A DNA stretch of 24,000 nucleotides, taken from Halovenus rubra. GTDB taxonomy: Archaea; Halobacteriota; Halobacteria; Halobacteriales; Haloarculaceae. The notes under the pieces are model-generated. The model saw nothing but the letters and a program-made list of their open reading frames with translations, searched no databases and had not been told where the DNA came from. The position numbers were made by a program, and so were the translations under genes. Each line of letters begins with the position of its first letter. The stretch's first letter is position 1. The DNA is taken from assembly GCF_026586665.1 (NCBI RefSeq), contig NZ_JAODIY010000011.1:36533-60532 (forward strand), read 5' to 3'. Below, piece by piece: positions 23,930-24,000 of this stretch.

Positions 23930-24000
23930 GTGTTCCGCACGGCCTTTGCTGGCTCGCCTTATATTGGCGTCTTCGCGCGGGCGACTGCTAACTGTCTCCT
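23930..24000 (+). CDS. eif6: Translation initiation factor 6 (aIF6), N-terminal fragment running off the window
   Basis: A GTG at 23930 starts 1 nt after the rpl31e stop. It reads (M)FRTAFAGSPYIGVFARATANCL, matching the conserved aIF6 N-terminus and its expected position after rpl31e. Confidence 0.8.
   Translation, partial: MFRTAFAGSPYIGVFARATANCL

Noticed and set aside
1-24000. CRISPR arrays, IS elements, integrases, toxin-antitoxin pairs or known defence genes
   Set aside because: Reading both strands, I saw no regularly spaced repeats, terminal inverted repeats, transposase or integrase-like translations, or small paired ORFs with TA-like features.

Overview
This window looks like a chromosomal segment from a haloarchaeon (class Halobacteria). 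The predicted proteins are strongly acidic. The archaeal information-processing genes are TFB, aEF-1beta, aIF6 and r-proteins L39e and L31e. There is also an Htr transducer/sensory rhodopsin operon, and AT-rich TATA-like boxes sit about 25-30 bp upstream of many start codons, the pattern of leaderless transcripts. I support 32 genes: 30 CDS (two cut by the window edges) and 2 tRNAs. Most are conserved housekeeping or core genes: tfb, mch, nadE, sufS, thpR, ef1b, the rpl39e-rpl31e-eif6 cluster, an aldo/keto reductase, a dipeptide epimerase and an ABC-2-type exporter. Three real genes are missing from the ORF track: a 55-aa microprotein, rpl39e, and the GTG-start eif6 fragment. Six others (a 4x CxxCG zinc-finger microprotein, aEF-1beta, htrII, the dipeptide epimerase, the 158-aa gene after mch, and the Tat lipoprotein) are hidden inside over-extended ORF calls, and a seventh (the aldo/keto reductase) may be. 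I found no CRISPR array, transposase, integrase or recognisable defence island, and I cannot honestly point to a clear novel multi-gene system. The best leads are: (1) a membrane-anchored 8-blade PQQ-like propeller/CARDB surface protein with a degenerate Mrr-like cytoplasmic N-terminus; (2) an unusually long AT-rich gap (5690-6313) holding the microprotein, palindromes and 21-bp-phased repeats, followed by an uncharacterised membrane plus acidic coiled-coil gene pair; (3) a 280-bp hairpin-rich intergenic region between tRNA-Ser and the ABC operon; (4) a 3-hydroxyacyl-CoA-dehydrogenase-like protein with eroded cofactor and catalytic motifs; (5) the complete htrII-sopII photosensory module, whose transducer has a large Cache-like extracellular domain. 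All family assignments come from reading the translations by eye and from memory of family motifs. No searches were run.
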